DNA of 64,000 bases from Thermodesulfobacteriota bacterium. GTDB taxonomy: Bacteria; Desulfobacterota_D; UBA1144; Nemesobacterales; UBA2774. The stretch covers positions 1,472,001 to 1,536,000 of the forward strand of contig OZ244991.1 of assembly GCA_965223335.1 (NCBI GenBank). Direction: 5' to 3'. Positions 19,545-29,941 of the stretch are shown here, one piece after another. Every line of letters starts with the position of its first letter. Positions within the stretch are counted from its first letter, which is position 1. Under the pieces are notes generated by a model. It was not told the DNA's origin. It ran no database searches and saw only the letters and a program-made list of their open reading frames with translations. A program made the translations under genes and the position numbers.

Positions 19545-20293
19545 ATAGCTTCCCTTTTCTTTACCTGTTCCCCAGTGAGCCCGAACCTCCTCTCTCTGTT
19601 CTGATAGTTTAATATCGCCTTTATCAGGTTACCTCTTCGGAAATTGGGCCATAGTGTTTTTGTTACGTATATCTCTGTGTATGCAAGCTGCCATAGAAGG
19701 AAGTTAGACAACCTCATCTCGCCGCTTGTCCTAATCAAAAGGTCGGGTTCCGGCAGATTATGTGTATAGAGGTGTTTGGAAAATGTTTCCTGATTAATCT
19801 TGTCGGGTGAAATACTATTGCCCGATACTATAGACTTTACGGCGTCTACAATTTCTTCGCGACCCCCGTAGCTTAAAGCCAAGGTCAAAACCATCTCGTT
19901 GCATTGTTTTGTGTTCTCGATTGTCCGCTCCAATACACCTAACACATCCTCGGGTAATTCATGGAGTCGGCCGATTGCATTTAGCCTGATGCCGTTCTCA
20001 ACCAGTGTGTCCTGTTCTTGGAGCAGGTACTGTTTGAGTAGTTCCATTAGAGCCCGCACCTCGCTCTTTGGTCTCTGCCAATTCTGTGCAGAGAATGCAA
20101 ACAATGTGATGAGCTCCACTCCCAACTCTCGCGAGGCTTTTACCACGGAGCGCACAGATTTCATCCCCTCGCGGTGCCCGCTTATCCGATCGAGGTTCTT
20201 TTTACGAGCCCACCGGCCGTTTCCGTCCATTATAACAACGATGTGTCTCGGGATATTGTTTTGGTCTACCAAGCGCTCGAGTTTAGTTTTCAT
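19541..20293 (-). CDS. uppS: Undecaprenyl diphosphate synthase
   Basis: IMDGNGRWA, FS..NW.RP, PDLLIRTSGEMRLSNFLLWQ, RERRFG. Confidence 0.96.
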   Translation of the reverse strand: MKTKLERLVDQNNIPRHIVVIMDGNGRWARKKNLDRISGHREGMKSVRSVVKASRELGVELITLFAFSAQNWQRPKSEVRALMELLKQYLLQEQDTLVENGIRLNAIGRLHELPEDVLGVLERTIENTKQCNEMVLTLALSYGGREEIVDAVKSIVSGNSISPDKINQETFSKHLYTHNLPEPDLLIRTSGEMRLSNFLLWQLAYTEIYVTKTLWPNFRRGNLIKAILNYQNRERRFGLTGEQVKKREAI

Positions 20294-20360
20294 TAGCCTG
20301 TAATTATAACACTAGCTAAAGCGTTAAAAAAACAAGAATTATATGCCTTGTTCCCCGGGA

Positions 20361-20582
20361 TTATTTAGAAAACACATTTGATAAATAAGATATCGGTACC
20401 GCTATTAATATTACCGTCAATAACACAGATAAAATTACTAAGAACGTGAGACAATAAAACACTATAGAGACTGGTATAAAAATTAATTTATAAAGAAAGA
20501 ACCAATCCTTGGACATCTCGAGCACAATGGACCCGAAGCTCTGTATAAACCTGGTTATTACGGTGATTATCATCTGTATCAT
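20361..20582 (-). CDS. Small hypothetical membrane protein
   Basis: 73-aa ORF with a long hydrophobic segment filling an intergenic gap; no recognised motif. Confidence 0.4.
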   Translation of the reverse strand: MIQMIITVITRFIQSFGSIVLEMSKDWFFLYKLIFIPVSIVFYCLTFLVILSVLLTVILIAVPISYLSNVFSK

Positions 20583-20837
20583 AATGTGAAGTTAAAGATA
20601 TATAAACTCATAGCCGATCTCAAGTTATTATATCTAGGTTAATTGTCAGAATTTGGTTTATCCCAAGTCCCCAACTCTTTGACAACATTCTAAATAATCT
20701 TATATTATTTCTCATTGCGTATCGTATAATCCAAAGTGGTTTATCTCAGTGCACACCTTTAGGAAAATACTTTTTTAACTATTCTGCTTGTATATACTTA
20801 ATTGTGGTAAAGAGCTTAAAAAAATCGAGGGGTTAGA

Positions 20838-21986
20838 ATGAATAAAATAATTTCGACCGTTTTTGTATTTGTATTGTTGTTTGCGACCGTGGTAAGTGCA
20901 GATGATGATAATGTGTATCAGGGACTTTCAAATTTTACCCGAGTGCTTGACCTGGTGGAGAGGAACTATGTTGAGGATGTTGATGCGGGAGAGCTCACTA
21001 CAAGTGCTATTGAAGGGATGCTAAGGACCCTGGACCCTTACTCTGCGTATCTTACCCCCGAGCGCTTCAGAGAGCTTGAGATTGGTACTTCGGGGGAATT
21101 CGGCGGTGTGGGCATGGAGGTCACGCTTGAGGACGATGTGCTTACGGTGGTAACCCCGATCGAAGATACCCCGGCATCTAGAGCCGGGATAGAGCCTGGG
21201 GATCAGATAGTTGAGATCGAGGGTAAATCGACCAGAGGTCTCATAGTACAAGAGGCTGTCAAACTGCTTCGAGGCCCCAAGGGGTCCCCGGTCACAATTA
21301 CGATAAGGAACCCCCAGGACGGCAGCACTCGCGAGGTCACGCTTATAAGGGATATAGTTGTGGTTAAGAGTGTGAGAGGCAAGCTTTTAGACAACAACAT
21401 TGGCTATATCAAGCTGTCCCAGTTTCAAGAGAACACCACTAGTGAACTTAAAGAAGCGATGACGGTAATCGAGTCCGGCAATGGCGGTAATCTCGAGGGG
21501 CTTATACTTGACCTGAGGAATAATCCCGGGGGGCTATTGGATCAGGCCATAGAGGTAGTGGACCAGTTTATGGGTAAGGGGCTTATAGTCAGCGTTAAGG
21601 GCAGAGATCCAAGCCAGGTAAATGAATACTATGCTACCGACAGCGGGGAGCTTAGGGATTATCCACTTGTAGTGATTGTAAATAAGGGGAGTGCGAGTGC
21701 GTCAGAGGTGGTTGCCGAGGCCCTTCAGGATACTAAACGTGCCTTGATACTCGGCACCAAAACGTTCGGCAAAGGTTCTGTCCAGACCATAATTCGGCTC
21801 GATGACGGGTCGGGACTTAAACTGACCACAGCAAAATTCTATGCCCCAAGCGGGCGTTCCATAAACGAAGTCGGTGTGGTGCCCGATATAGTTATAGAGA
21901 ATGAGAAGGGTAAGGATAAGCAACTCGACAAAGCGATTGAGCTCATAAAGAGCTCGGAACTGGCCAATACACTATCAAAGGGCTAG
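20838..21986 (+). CDS. ctpA: Carboxyl-terminal processing protease (S41A)
   Basis: Signal peptide, LDPYS, PDZ, DLRNNPGGLL, SASASE, TFGKGSVQ. Confidence 0.92.
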   Translation: MNKIISTVFVFVLLFATVVSADDDNVYQGLSNFTRVLDLVERNYVEDVDAGELTTSAIEGMLRTLDPYSAYLTPERFRELEIGTSGEFGGVGMEVTLEDDVLTVVTPIEDTPASRAGIEPGDQIVEIEGKSTRGLIVQEAVKLLRGPKGSPVTITIRNPQDGSTREVTLIRDIVVVKSVRGKLLDNNIGYIKLSQFQENTTSELKEAMTVIESGNGGNLEGLILDLRNNPGGLLDQAIEVVDQFMGKGLIVSVKGRDPSQVNEYYATDSGELRDYPLVVIVNKGSASASEVVAEALQDTKRALILGTKTFGKGSVQTIIRLDDGSGLKLTTAKFYAPSGRSINEVGVVPDIVIENEKGKDKQLDKAIELIKSSELANTLSKG

Positions 21987-21998
21987 GGTCACACACTC

Positions 21999-23342
21999 TT
22001 GCCAAAAAAACCTAATAGAACCACTAGACCCAGGACTACTCGACCCCGAAGAAAACGGCGTACCAAATCTGCGGGTGCTACAAGGGCCGCTGTTTTCACC
22101 GTTGGTTTTATATGCACCCTGTTTTTAGTGCTCTGGGGGCTTAGCTACATTAAAAAGGGCCCCGACAAAGAAAGTCCCAACCAATCCGAGCGCATTGCAA
22201 AGCGTCTCGCAGAGCTAGATAATTCAATAAATAGTGGGCTCTTTAAAATAGGGGTCTCGTCCTATGATATAAGCTCTGCATCGAGTTCAAAAAAGTCGGT
22301 AGAGGACCCAGACAGCGGGGTATTGGAATGGGACCATGACCTCTATACCATTAAAACCCCGGGCGGGATAAACAAATCATCGATAAAAACGGCTATTAAG
22401 CGATCAATTGCCTCTATGGACGGGGTAGGTAGCTCGTTTCGCGACCAAGGCGATCTGCTTGTTGCAGATATAGATGTAAACGGCTATTTGGCGAGGACAT
22501 ATGAGTTTAAGTTTGTAAGCAAGGTTAAACCAAAGCCAGAAGCGATAGTAATTGAAAAACCTGTTAAAAAAGAGGCAGATCCCAAAACAATAAAAGTAGA
22601 TAGAACTGATGTTGAAGAAAAACCCCTCCCGAGCCCAAAGCCGCAAAAGGAGATAAGCAGTGTTAAAACGCATAAGCCCAAGATAGTTATCATAGTGGAT
22701 GACCTAGGTGTGAATAAAGCTCAGATTGACGACCTGCTTCGGATAGAAGAGCAGCTTACTTTTGCGGTACTGCCGGACCTTCCTTATTCCGAGTATGCTG
22801 CAAATGGAGCAAACGCAAGAGGATGGGATGTGATGCTGCATCTGCCTATGGAGCCAAAGGAGTCTTCGGGTTACAGCGGGGAAGATGCCGGGGAGGATGC
22901 ATTGCTTGTAGGTTTGCCAAAACAGTTGATAATCGATAAGCTTAACAAGCACCTCGACGCAGTCCCTCATATTAAAGGTGTAAATAATCATATGGGTTCA
23001 AAATTCATGGAAAACGGTGAGTTGTTAGAGCTTGTGTTGTCTAGGCTCAGCGAAGACGGGTTATTCTTTGTCGACAGCCTGACCTCTAACCGGTCTATGG
23101 GTTTTAGTACTGCAAAGAAACTGGATGTTAAGACCGCTTCCAGGGATCTTTTCCTGGATAATAAACAGGACCCGGAGTATATAAAAGCGCAGATCAACAA
23201 ATTGGTGGATATATCTGAGAAGAAAGGTTATGCAGTGGGCATATGCCATCCCTATCCCTCAACTCTGAAAGCTCTTAGAGAAACTCTGCCAAAGCTCAAG
23301 GACACTGTGGATATTACTTCTGTAAGCGAGATTGTGCACTGA
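21999..23342 (+). CDS. Divergent polysaccharide deacetylase family protein (YibQ-like) with N-terminal membrane anchor
   Basis: IIVDDLG, MLHLPMEP, GVNNHMGS, FFVDS.T, RDLFLD, GICHP; usual position after ctpA. Confidence 0.88.
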   Translation: MPKKPNRTTRPRTTRPRRKRRTKSAGATRAAVFTVGFICTLFLVLWGLSYIKKGPDKESPNQSERIAKRLAELDNSINSGLFKIGVSSYDISSASSSKKSVEDPDSGVLEWDHDLYTIKTPGGINKSSIKTAIKRSIASMDGVGSSFRDQGDLLVADIDVNGYLARTYEFKFVSKVKPKPEAIVIEKPVKKEADPKTIKVDRTDVEEKPLPSPKPQKEISSVKTHKPKIVIIVDDLGVNKAQIDDLLRIEEQLTFAVLPDLPYSEYAANGANARGWDVMLHLPMEPKESSGYSGEDAGEDALLVGLPKQLIIDKLNKHLDAVPHIKGVNNHMGSKFMENGELLELVLSRLSEDGLFFVDSLTSNRSMGFSTAKKLDVKTASRDLFLDNKQDPEYIKAQINKLVDISEKKGYAVGICHPYPSTLKALRETLPKLKDTVDITSVSEIVH

Positions 23343-23405
23343 GGCGGATTTAATACTTTTGCTTCAAACAAAATCGGTTTATAATTAATCATAAAGGAAT
23401 ATGGT

Positions 23406-23582
23406 ATGGGTTTAATAGACAATATAAGGAAAGAAAGGGACTCGTGGGTAAAGAGGTTTGAGGAGCATCGTCAGGACGATGATGAGCAAAAAGGTAAGAC
23501 CCAAGCAGAAATCGATAGTCAGATTGCTCAGAATAGACGGAATGTAGGGGTTTTCCCAAAAGTTCAGGACCCGAAAAAATAG
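23406..23582 (+). CDS. Small charged hypothetical protein (58 aa, below the ORF-track cutoff)
   Basis: MGLIDNIRKERDSWVKRFEEHRQDDDEQKGKTQAEIDSQIAQNRRNVGVFPKVQDPKK; AAAGGA SD and an upstream TATAAT. Confidence 0.55.
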   Translation: MGLIDNIRKERDSWVKRFEEHRQDDDEQKGKTQAEIDSQIAQNRRNVGVFPKVQDPKK

Positions 23583-23601
23583 TTATAGTCAGTGGTTAGA
23601 C

Positions 23602-23630
23602 TTGACATTTGATTTGTAATAAATTAGTTT
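23602..23630 (+). promoter_or_regulatory. Sigma70-type promoter of rpsU-dnaG-rpoD
   Basis: TTGACA-17 nt-TAGTTT upstream of the AGGAGG SD. Confidence 0.55.
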
Positions 23631-23667
23631 GTATGAACCTTGTGTTTATGCTATAGGAGGTTTTTTA

Positions 23668-23859
23668 ATGCCAGGGATTGTGGTCGGTAACAACGAAAGT
23701 ATCGATAGCGCTCTTAAGAGATTCAAAAAGCAAGTTGAGAAAGGGGGTGTGTTGTCTGAGGTCAGACGAAGGGAGTATTACGAGAAACCTAGTGAAAAAA
23801 AGAAGAAGAAGCTCTTTGCAGCAAAAAAGCGCGTAATTAAGCGTACTAAAAGAAGATAA
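23668..23859 (+). CDS. rpsU: 30S ribosomal protein S21
   Basis: [38 protein letters not shown] before the ATG at 23668. Confidence 0.95.
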   Translation: MPGIVVGNNESIDSALKRFKKQVEKGGVLSEVRRREYYEKPSEKKKKKLFAAKKRVIKRTKRR

Positions 23860-23990
23860 TCACAGTATTTTAATAGTATTAAAACAACCGGTAGGGGACA
23901 TCACTTTGAGATTATTTGACCATAATAATCGAACAAAATTTCTTTCCGCAATAATACCATCTGTACAAATTTCTTTAATACCGGTTTTAA

Positions 23991-25763
23991 ATGGCACGAT
24001 TTACAGACGAATCGATTGTTAAAGAAATAAAAGGGAGGTTGAGTATAATTAACCTCATAGAGAGCTATACATCTCTAAAAAAATCGGGGAAAAACTACGT
24101 GGGGCTCTGTCCGTTTCACGACGACAAAAACCCCTCAATGCATGTGGATGAAGACAAGGGACTGTTCCATTGTTTCAGCTGCGGGGCGGGGGGCGACATG
24201 TTTGGTTTCCTTATGCGCTACAACAACATCTCATTCCCCGAAGCCCTCGAAGAGCTTGCCAAGCAGGCCAATGTCGAGATCAGAAAACCCACCAAGACTG
24301 AAAGGGCCCAAAAATCCCAACAATCCAAACTTTTTAAGATAAACAGCCTAGTTTCAAACTTTTACCACAGAGCACTTAACAAAAGCAAAGAAGGGGCCAT
24401 TGCGAGGGATTATATACGTGATCGTGGGATAACCGCCGAGATGTGTACAGAATTAGAACTTGGGTTTGCACCCTCTGGGTGGGATAAATTGGTAAACTAC
24501 CTAGAGAAAAAGAATGTGCCGCTTGGACTGGCTTCAGAGCTTGGTCTTGTAATTAAACGAAGCGGCAAGAGCGGGTACTACGATAGGTTTAGAAACAGGT
24601 TGATATTCCCTATACGTAACATCGAAGGCAAAGTCACGGGATTTGGCGGCAGGATCTTAGACGATTCCGAACAGGCCAAGTACATCAATTCACCAGAATC
24701 AGAGATTTATCACAAAAGGTCGATTCTTTATGGCATAGACAAATCCAAGGATTTTATCCGCAAAGCCGACAAAGTCATTTTGGTTGAGGGCTATATGGAT
24801 TACTTATCGCTTTTCCAAGCTGGGGTTAAAAACGTTGTAGCGGTGTCCGGCACGTCGCTTACAAAAAATCATATAGCCATATTGAGACGTTATACAGATA
24901 GAGTGGTGCTTGTGTTCGATAGCGACAGCTCGGGCATGAATGCCGCTATTAGGTCGCTCGGGCTTTTTATAGAGCAAGACGTTAACCCCTACATAGCACT
25001 ACTGCCTGAGGGGCATGACCCCGACTCATTTATCAAGTCAGAGGGTGTGGGTGTGTTCGAGCGTATTGTGGACAATGCACATCCGTTAATCGATTTTTAT
25101 GTGCAGAGCATAGTGGACGAGTTTGCGGCTGGGAACCAGAGCCTCGCCAAGAGCAAGGATCAGGTGGTCTCTCTGTTAAGCACTATTACGGACCCGATCG
25201 AGAGAAGTAGACAGATCAAAATTGCTGCCGAGAAATTCGGGGTAAGAGAGGCGGAATTTGCATCCTCACTCCGGTTACAGAGAAAAACACACTCGCGAAG
25301 CAGTGTTAATATCACAGACCTCTCAAGTGCTACAGAGTTGATGATCTTGAAATTGGTGCTGGAGCATCCCGGGCTTCGTGGGGAGCTTACAAAAACGGAT
25401 TGGCAGGGATTGATCTCAAACACGGATATAAAGGGTGTGTTGGATAATATTCTTGAAGACGATGAGTCTGATGTATCTACAATACTGCTTGGCGCCAAGA
25501 GCGATGCTGCACAAAGATTGATCTCTGAGGCAGTGCTCGGAGGGGACGATATTGTAGATGAGGAGTCTGCAAGAGCAATACTTAGTGGCTGTATGACAAA
25601 GCTTCAGGCCAAGATGCTAGAGGAACACTTGAAAGTACTTAGGTTGGAAATGCAGAAGGCGAGCAAAAAAAATGACCATGAGCTCGAGAAAAAGTTGCTA
25701 GAGGAGTACACAGAGCTTATGAAAAAAAACAATAATAGAACAGGAGAGCCATATGAGAACTAG
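23991..25763 (+). CDS. dnaG: DNA primase
   Basis: CPFH..K.PS...CFSC zinc finger, [32 protein letters not shown]. Confidence 0.96.
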   Translation: MARFTDESIVKEIKGRLSIINLIESYTSLKKSGKNYVGLCPFHDDKNPSMHVDEDKGLFHCFSCGAGGDMFGFLMRYNNISFPEALEELAKQANVEIRKPTKTERAQKSQQSKLFKINSLVSNFYHRALNKSKEGAIARDYIRDRGITAEMCTELELGFAPSGWDKLVNYLEKKNVPLGLASELGLVIKRSGKSGYYDRFRNRLIFPIRNIEGKVTGFGGRILDDSEQAKYINSPESEIYHKRSILYGIDKSKDFIRKADKVILVEGYMDYLSLFQAGVKNVVAVSGTSLTKNHIAILRRYTDRVVLVFDSDSSGMNAAIRSLGLFIEQDVNPYIALLPEGHDPDSFIKSEGVGVFERIVDNAHPLIDFYVQSIVDEFAAGNQSLAKSKDQVVSLLSTITDPIERSRQIKIAAEKFGVREAEFASSLRLQRKTHSRSSVNITDLSSATELMILKLVLEHPGLRGELTKTDWQGLISNTDIKGVLDNILEDDESDVSTILLGAKSDAAQRLISEAVLGGDDIVDEESARAILSGCMTKLQAKMLEEHLKVLRLEMQKASKKNDHELEKKLLEEYTELMKKNNNRTGEPYEN

Positions 25764-27351
25764 AAAAAAGAATAGTTATCGTCCTGGCATGGATGCGGAC
25801 GAGCAGCTCTCTGATTCTACAAACGAAGACACAGTCGAATTTTCAGAGGATGATAATACCGAGTTTATTCAAGATGGAGCCGAGCAAGAGAATTTTGATA
25901 ACAACGAAAACCAAGAGCAACCTGCGTTGAACACCCAGGGAGCGGTACTCAAGACCAATCAAGAGAACACAAACGAGTACGACCTAATTAGGTATTACCT
26001 CCACGAGATCGCAGACCATTCACTATTAACAAAAGACCAGGAAATACAGATCGCCAAGGAGATCGAGGCGGGTAGAAAGGTAGTTGCACGGGCCATGCTA
26101 AGCTCCTCGCTTATGCTAAACGAGGTGATTGCACTTGGTGAGAAGCTCGAAGACGGGCTGCTAAGTGTGCGGGATATCACTAACTCGTTTGATTACGACG
26201 GTGAGGGCTCTGGTGAGGACGAGGTTCTAAACGGGATTATCAAGGCCATAGAATCTATAAAGAAACTATATACTGACAATGAAAACTGTAGAGCGCAGTT
26301 TGGGTCGGTATCGGAGAAAAAGTGTAAATCGCTTAAAAACAAGGTAAAGCGCAATGACGACAAGATAGTGAATTTTATTGAAGATATAAATTTAAACACC
26401 TGCCAGATGGAACGGATCTTGGCCAAGGCCAAAACCCACCTAAACAGATTGGAAAAATTGGAGAAAAGGGCTAAAGCCATACAAAAAGAGACGGCTGGGG
26501 GTAAAAAGTCCAAAAAGGATGTAAAGAAAAAGATGGTTGATTTCGCCCGCCAGACCTCTGAAAACACCGATGTTATCAAAAAAGCGCTTGAGAAAGTGGA
26601 ACTGGGTGAACTGACGACTCAGTTGGCCAGACGTAAACTGATCGAATCCAACCTGAGGTTGGTAGTGAGTATTGCACGGCGCTATATAAACAGAGGGCTG
26701 CCGTTTTTGGACCTTATACAGGAAGGCAACATGGGGCTTATGCGTGCAGTGGAAAAATTTGAGTATAATAGGGGCTATAAATTCTCTACCTATGCCACTT
26801 GGTGGATCCGCCAGGCCATCACACGCGCACTCGCCGACCAGTCACGTATTATAAGAATCCCGGTACACATGACAGAGACCATAAATAGAATTGTGAGGAC
26901 CTCTAGGTCCCTTGTGCAGGAACTGGGCAGAGAGCCCCTTCCCGAGGAGATAGCCGAGAGGATAGGGATATCCATAGATAAAGTGACCAGGGTGCTTAAG
27001 ATTGCCAAGGACCCGATCTCCTTGGAAACTCCCATCGGGGACGAGGAAGACAGCAAGCTGGTTGATCTAATAGAGGATACAAGCACAAGCTCGCCATCGA
27101 AAACACTCGAGATGAACGAGCTAAAAGAGATCATCAGCAACGCCCTTTCTTCAGTCCTTAATGCAAGGGAAGAGAGCATTGTGAAGATGCGGTTTGGGAT
27201 TGATGAGGAAAAAGAGTGCACGCTTGAAGAGGTCGGCCATGAGTTCAAGGTTACCAGAGAGAGGATTCGCCAGATTGAGGTTAAGGCCATTAAAAAACTA
27301 AAACGAGCCGGCAGGATCTATCCCATTAAGAGCTATCTGGAAAAAGTCTGA
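25753..27351 (+). CDS. rpoD: Primary RNA polymerase sigma factor sigma70
   Basis: Region 1.2 [63 protein letters not shown]; follows dnaG. Confidence 0.93.
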   Translation: MRTRKKNSYRPGMDADEQLSDSTNEDTVEFSEDDNTEFIQDGAEQENFDNNENQEQPALNTQGAVLKTNQENTNEYDLIRYYLHEIADHSLLTKDQEIQIAKEIEAGRKVVARAMLSSSLMLNEVIALGEKLEDGLLSVRDITNSFDYDGEGSGEDEVLNGIIKAIESIKKLYTDNENCRAQFGSVSEKKCKSLKNKVKRNDDKIVNFIEDINLNTCQMERILAKAKTHLNRLEKLEKRAKAIQKETAGGKKSKKDVKKKMVDFARQTSENTDVIKKALEKVELGELTTQLARRKLIESNLRLVVSIARRYINRGLPFLDLIQEGNMGLMRAVEKFEYNRGYKFSTYATWWIRQAITRALADQSRIIRIPVHMTETINRIVRTSRSLVQELGREPLPEEIAERIGISIDKVTRVLKIAKDPISLETPIGDEEDSKLVDLIEDTSTSSPSKTLEMNELKEIISNALSSVLNAREESIVKMRFGIDEEKECTLEEVGHEFKVTRERIRQIEVKAIKKLKRAGRIYPIKSYLEKV

Positions 27352-27417
27352 TTCAGTTTTACCGGAGCCTTTCACTAAAATACAAGTAACAACCCACCGT
27401 TAGTTTACTACATATAT

Positions 27418-28098
27418 TTATTTCGATAGACCCCTTTCCTGAAAGTAGTCCGAGAGCTTATCCCTTAGGAAGAGCCTTGCTCTAAGTACCCGGGATTTTA
27501 CAGCTGGCAGCGATAGTCCCAGTGCCTCTGCGATCTCTTTGCTCTTAAGTCCCTCAATGTCCTTCATGTGAAAAACTATGCGGTAGTCCTTGGGCAGTTC
27601 GTTTATTGCGGATTCTATGGCATCAGTGCCCTCGCGGCTAAGCAGTGTCTCGTCAGGGGTCTCGCTCCAGTCCTTGTCCTCCACACCGGACAACACACCC
27701 GAATCGTTATAGGGCTTATAGTCGTCGATGCTGAAGTGGTTTTGCTGATGCCTCTTGTCTTTTCTAATGTGCATATAGGCCGCGTTCGATGCCACTCTAA
27801 AGAGCCAGGTCGAGAACTTGGATTCCTTCCTAAACGTATGTAGCTTCTCGACAAGGATTAGGAACACCTCTTGGAGGATTTCCTCGGCATCGCTCATGTT
27901 GTTAGTGATCCTGAGCCCTAGTCTATAGATCTTATCACTGTAGCGGTTCACAAGCTCATCAAAAGCATCTGTGTTACTGTCGCTTACATACAAAGAAACC
28001 AAAGACTCATCGGATTTAGTGGTTAAATCATCATCTAAGTTTGCAGTATTTATACTCATGATTATCTGTTCCTTATCCTCTATGTTTTTTGCCAGCAT
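27418..28098 (-). CDS. ECF-family sigma factor
   Basis: AFDELV.RY, DAEEILQEVF, SKFSTWLFRVA.N, LP..YR.VF.....EGL...EIA..LG.S...VKSR..RAR; AGGAGG SD. Confidence 0.9.
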   Translation of the reverse strand: MLAKNIEDKEQIIMSINTANLDDDLTTKSDESLVSLYVSDSNTDAFDELVNRYSDKIYRLGLRITNNMSDAEEILQEVFLILVEKLHTFRKESKFSTWLFRVASNAAYMHIRKDKRHQQNHFSIDDYKPYNDSGVLSGVEDKDWSETPDETLLSREGTDAIESAINELPKDYRIVFHMKDIEGLKSKEIAEALGLSLPAVKSRVLRARLFLRDKLSDYFQERGLSK

Positions 28099-28116
28099 CT
28101 TAATGCCTCCTATGTA

Positions 28117-28131
28117 TAGTTGACTGGTCGG
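28117..28131. promoter_or_regulatory. Putative TetR operator upstream of the ECF sigma gene
   Basis: TAGTTGACTGGTCGG matches 28801-28815 at 13 of 15 positions; quasi-palindromic GAC-NN-GTC core. Confidence 0.55.
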
Positions 28132-28158
28132 CTTTTACGATCTTAAAAAATATATGCT

Positions 28159-28785
28159 TTAACTGACGGCTCTAGCCTTGTTTTGTTTTTTCCTTACTAT
28201 CAGTTGGGGTATACACTCACCCAGTTCTCTAATTAGATCTACATCATCAAATGTTTTCACAAGCAGACACATACCCTCTACATACGCAAGCATTGATTTT
28301 GCGGTTTTACGAGTGTCTGTATCCGAGGGGAACGAACCGTCAGCGACCGCCTCTTTTACAACACCCTCTATACAGTCGGTCCACTCATTGAACACGTGCT
28401 GTACTTTTTCGCGGATAACCTGGTCTTGTGTGCTGAGCTCAAGCGCCAAGTTCCCTATGTGGCACCCCGTGCTACAGCCGAGAATTTCCTTTGTACACTT
28501 TTGAGCCTTTTCAGACTCGTCCAGTAGCAATTGAAACTTTCTCATAGGCGGGATATCGGCTGTGCAAACCGGGTCGAGAATACTCGACTTGAACATGCCC
28601 CACATTATATCGATTGCCTCTAGGGTCAGGTCTCTTTTGGATGGGAAAAAATGATAGAAGCTGCCTTTCTTTACCCCGGCATGGTCGCAGAGCTCTTGGA
28701 CCCCGACGGAGTTATAGTTAGTTGCGCCGATTAACTCAATGGCGCTTTGTATCAAATTTTCTTTTGCGTTACTCGTTCTTCCCAT
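28159..28785 (-). CDS. TetR/AcrR family regulator, NemR/ComR-like, Cys-rich
   Basis: GVQELC..AGVKKGSFYHFFPSKRDL HTH; GC.IGNL.LEL motif. Confidence 0.9.
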   Translation of the reverse strand: MGRTSNAKENLIQSAIELIGATNYNSVGVQELCDHAGVKKGSFYHFFPSKRDLTLEAIDIMWGMFKSSILDPVCTADIPPMRKFQLLLDESEKAQKCTKEILGCSTGCHIGNLALELSTQDQVIREKVQHVFNEWTDCIEGVVKEAVADGSFPSDTDTRKTAKSMLAYVEGMCLLVKTFDDVDLIRELGECIPQLIVRKKQNKARAVS

Positions 28786-28800
28786 ATCTACGGCACCTAT

Positions 28801-28847
28801 TAGTTGACCAGTCGGTAAAATAATATCATTTTAAGTATATATGTCAA
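28801..28847 (-). promoter_or_regulatory. tetR promoter with adjacent operator
   Basis: Minus strand TTGACA-16 nt-TATTAT with TG extension, followed by TAGTTGACCAGTCGG (plus strand 28801-28815). Confidence 0.6.
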
Positions 28848-28997
28848 GGGTTTTTTTATAACAATTCCATAGATGATGCGTATCCCCTATAAATTATTGA
28901 TAAATATGGTTTGTTCGTGGTACGCTGATAAGTGCTTTTAATGCAACAATTTGCAGAAATTCAGCAATATCAGGATAGAATTTGTTTGATTTAATTC

Positions 28998-29855
28998 TTA
29001 GAGTATCCCCCGTTCTTTGGCCTCTTCGAAGTATACGAGTGTGGAGTCGGTGGTCTTGTGTCTGAGCATTCTCTTTACTTCCGATACGGTGGCTCCGTTT
29101 TGTATTGCAAGCAGTGCAGCAGTGTGGCGTAGGCTGTAGGGAGTGATGCCTGCTCTTTTGATACCTGATTTGTTTAGGTAGTGACTTACCCTTTCCCTGA
29201 TGGCCCTTGTGGTGATTCGTGCACCTCGCGCGCGGTTGCCTATGCCCCAGAAAAGCGGTTCGTTGTTCTCGCGCTCGGGTCGGGTCTCTAGGTAAGCTTC
29301 GAGTGATGCCAGTGCTTGGGGGAATAATAAAACGTATTCGTCCTTAACGTCCTTGTTCTTGCCTTGGACGTATATAACCCTATTTTTGTTCCTTGTTTTA
29401 ATATCGCCTATATCCGCCCTTACAATCTCGATCTCGCTTAGGCCGCAGTTTGCCATAAGACTGAGTATTGCCTTATCCCTTAGCCCCACCGGGTTGGGTA
29501 TGTCGATGGACTCGAGCAGTTTTCTCATCTCGCTTGGCCTTACGGGCTCGGTGAGGTGGCGGCTGGGGCGTTTGCCGCCTTTAATTTTCTTTGCCGGGTT
29601 CTCTGGGACCTTGCCGGTGGATACCATGTATTCATATAATCGTCTTACTGCAGTTAGGTATGCCGAGAGCGAGGTGGACGAGAGCTCTTTGGCAGCAAGG
29701 TAGTCCTTATAGCGCCTTATGTCGTCAGATGTAAGGTTCTCGGGTTTGCCATTACCCACCCATTTCGCAAATTCTCTAAGCGCTTTTCTGTAGGTGTCTT
29801 TAGTGGTCTCGCGCCTGTTTAGAGAGTTGATAAAACTGTCTATTAATCTGTCCAT
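28998..29855 (-). CDS. Tyrosine recombinase/integrase family protein (XerC/D-like fold) with non-canonical catalytic residues
   Basis: N-terminal SAM-like domain (T..TY...L..F), RD.AIL.L...CGL, QGK, PLF, SLRHT, LRH.....T.VY. Confidence 0.85.
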   Translation of the reverse strand: MDRLIDSFINSLNRRETTKDTYRKALREFAKWVGNGKPENLTSDDIRRYKDYLAAKELSSTSLSAYLTAVRRLYEYMVSTGKVPENPAKKIKGGKRPSRHLTEPVRPSEMRKLLESIDIPNPVGLRDKAILSLMANCGLSEIEIVRADIGDIKTRNKNRVIYVQGKNKDVKDEYVLLFPQALASLEAYLETRPERENNEPLFWGIGNRARGARITTRAIRERVSHYLNKSGIKRAGITPYSLRHTAALLAIQNGATVSEVKRMLRHKTTDSTLVYFEEAKERGIL

Positions 29856-29941
29856 AGATGAATTAAAGCATGTTTAATATTGGTTTTCAAATCGACCGGG
29901 TGTTGACAATGGATATTGTTTTGGTAAGTTTATTAGCGAAT

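Noticed and set aside
18393..20293. cdsA absent between uppS and dxr
   Set aside because: Gene order at this locus varies widely, and the gene may simply lie elsewhere.
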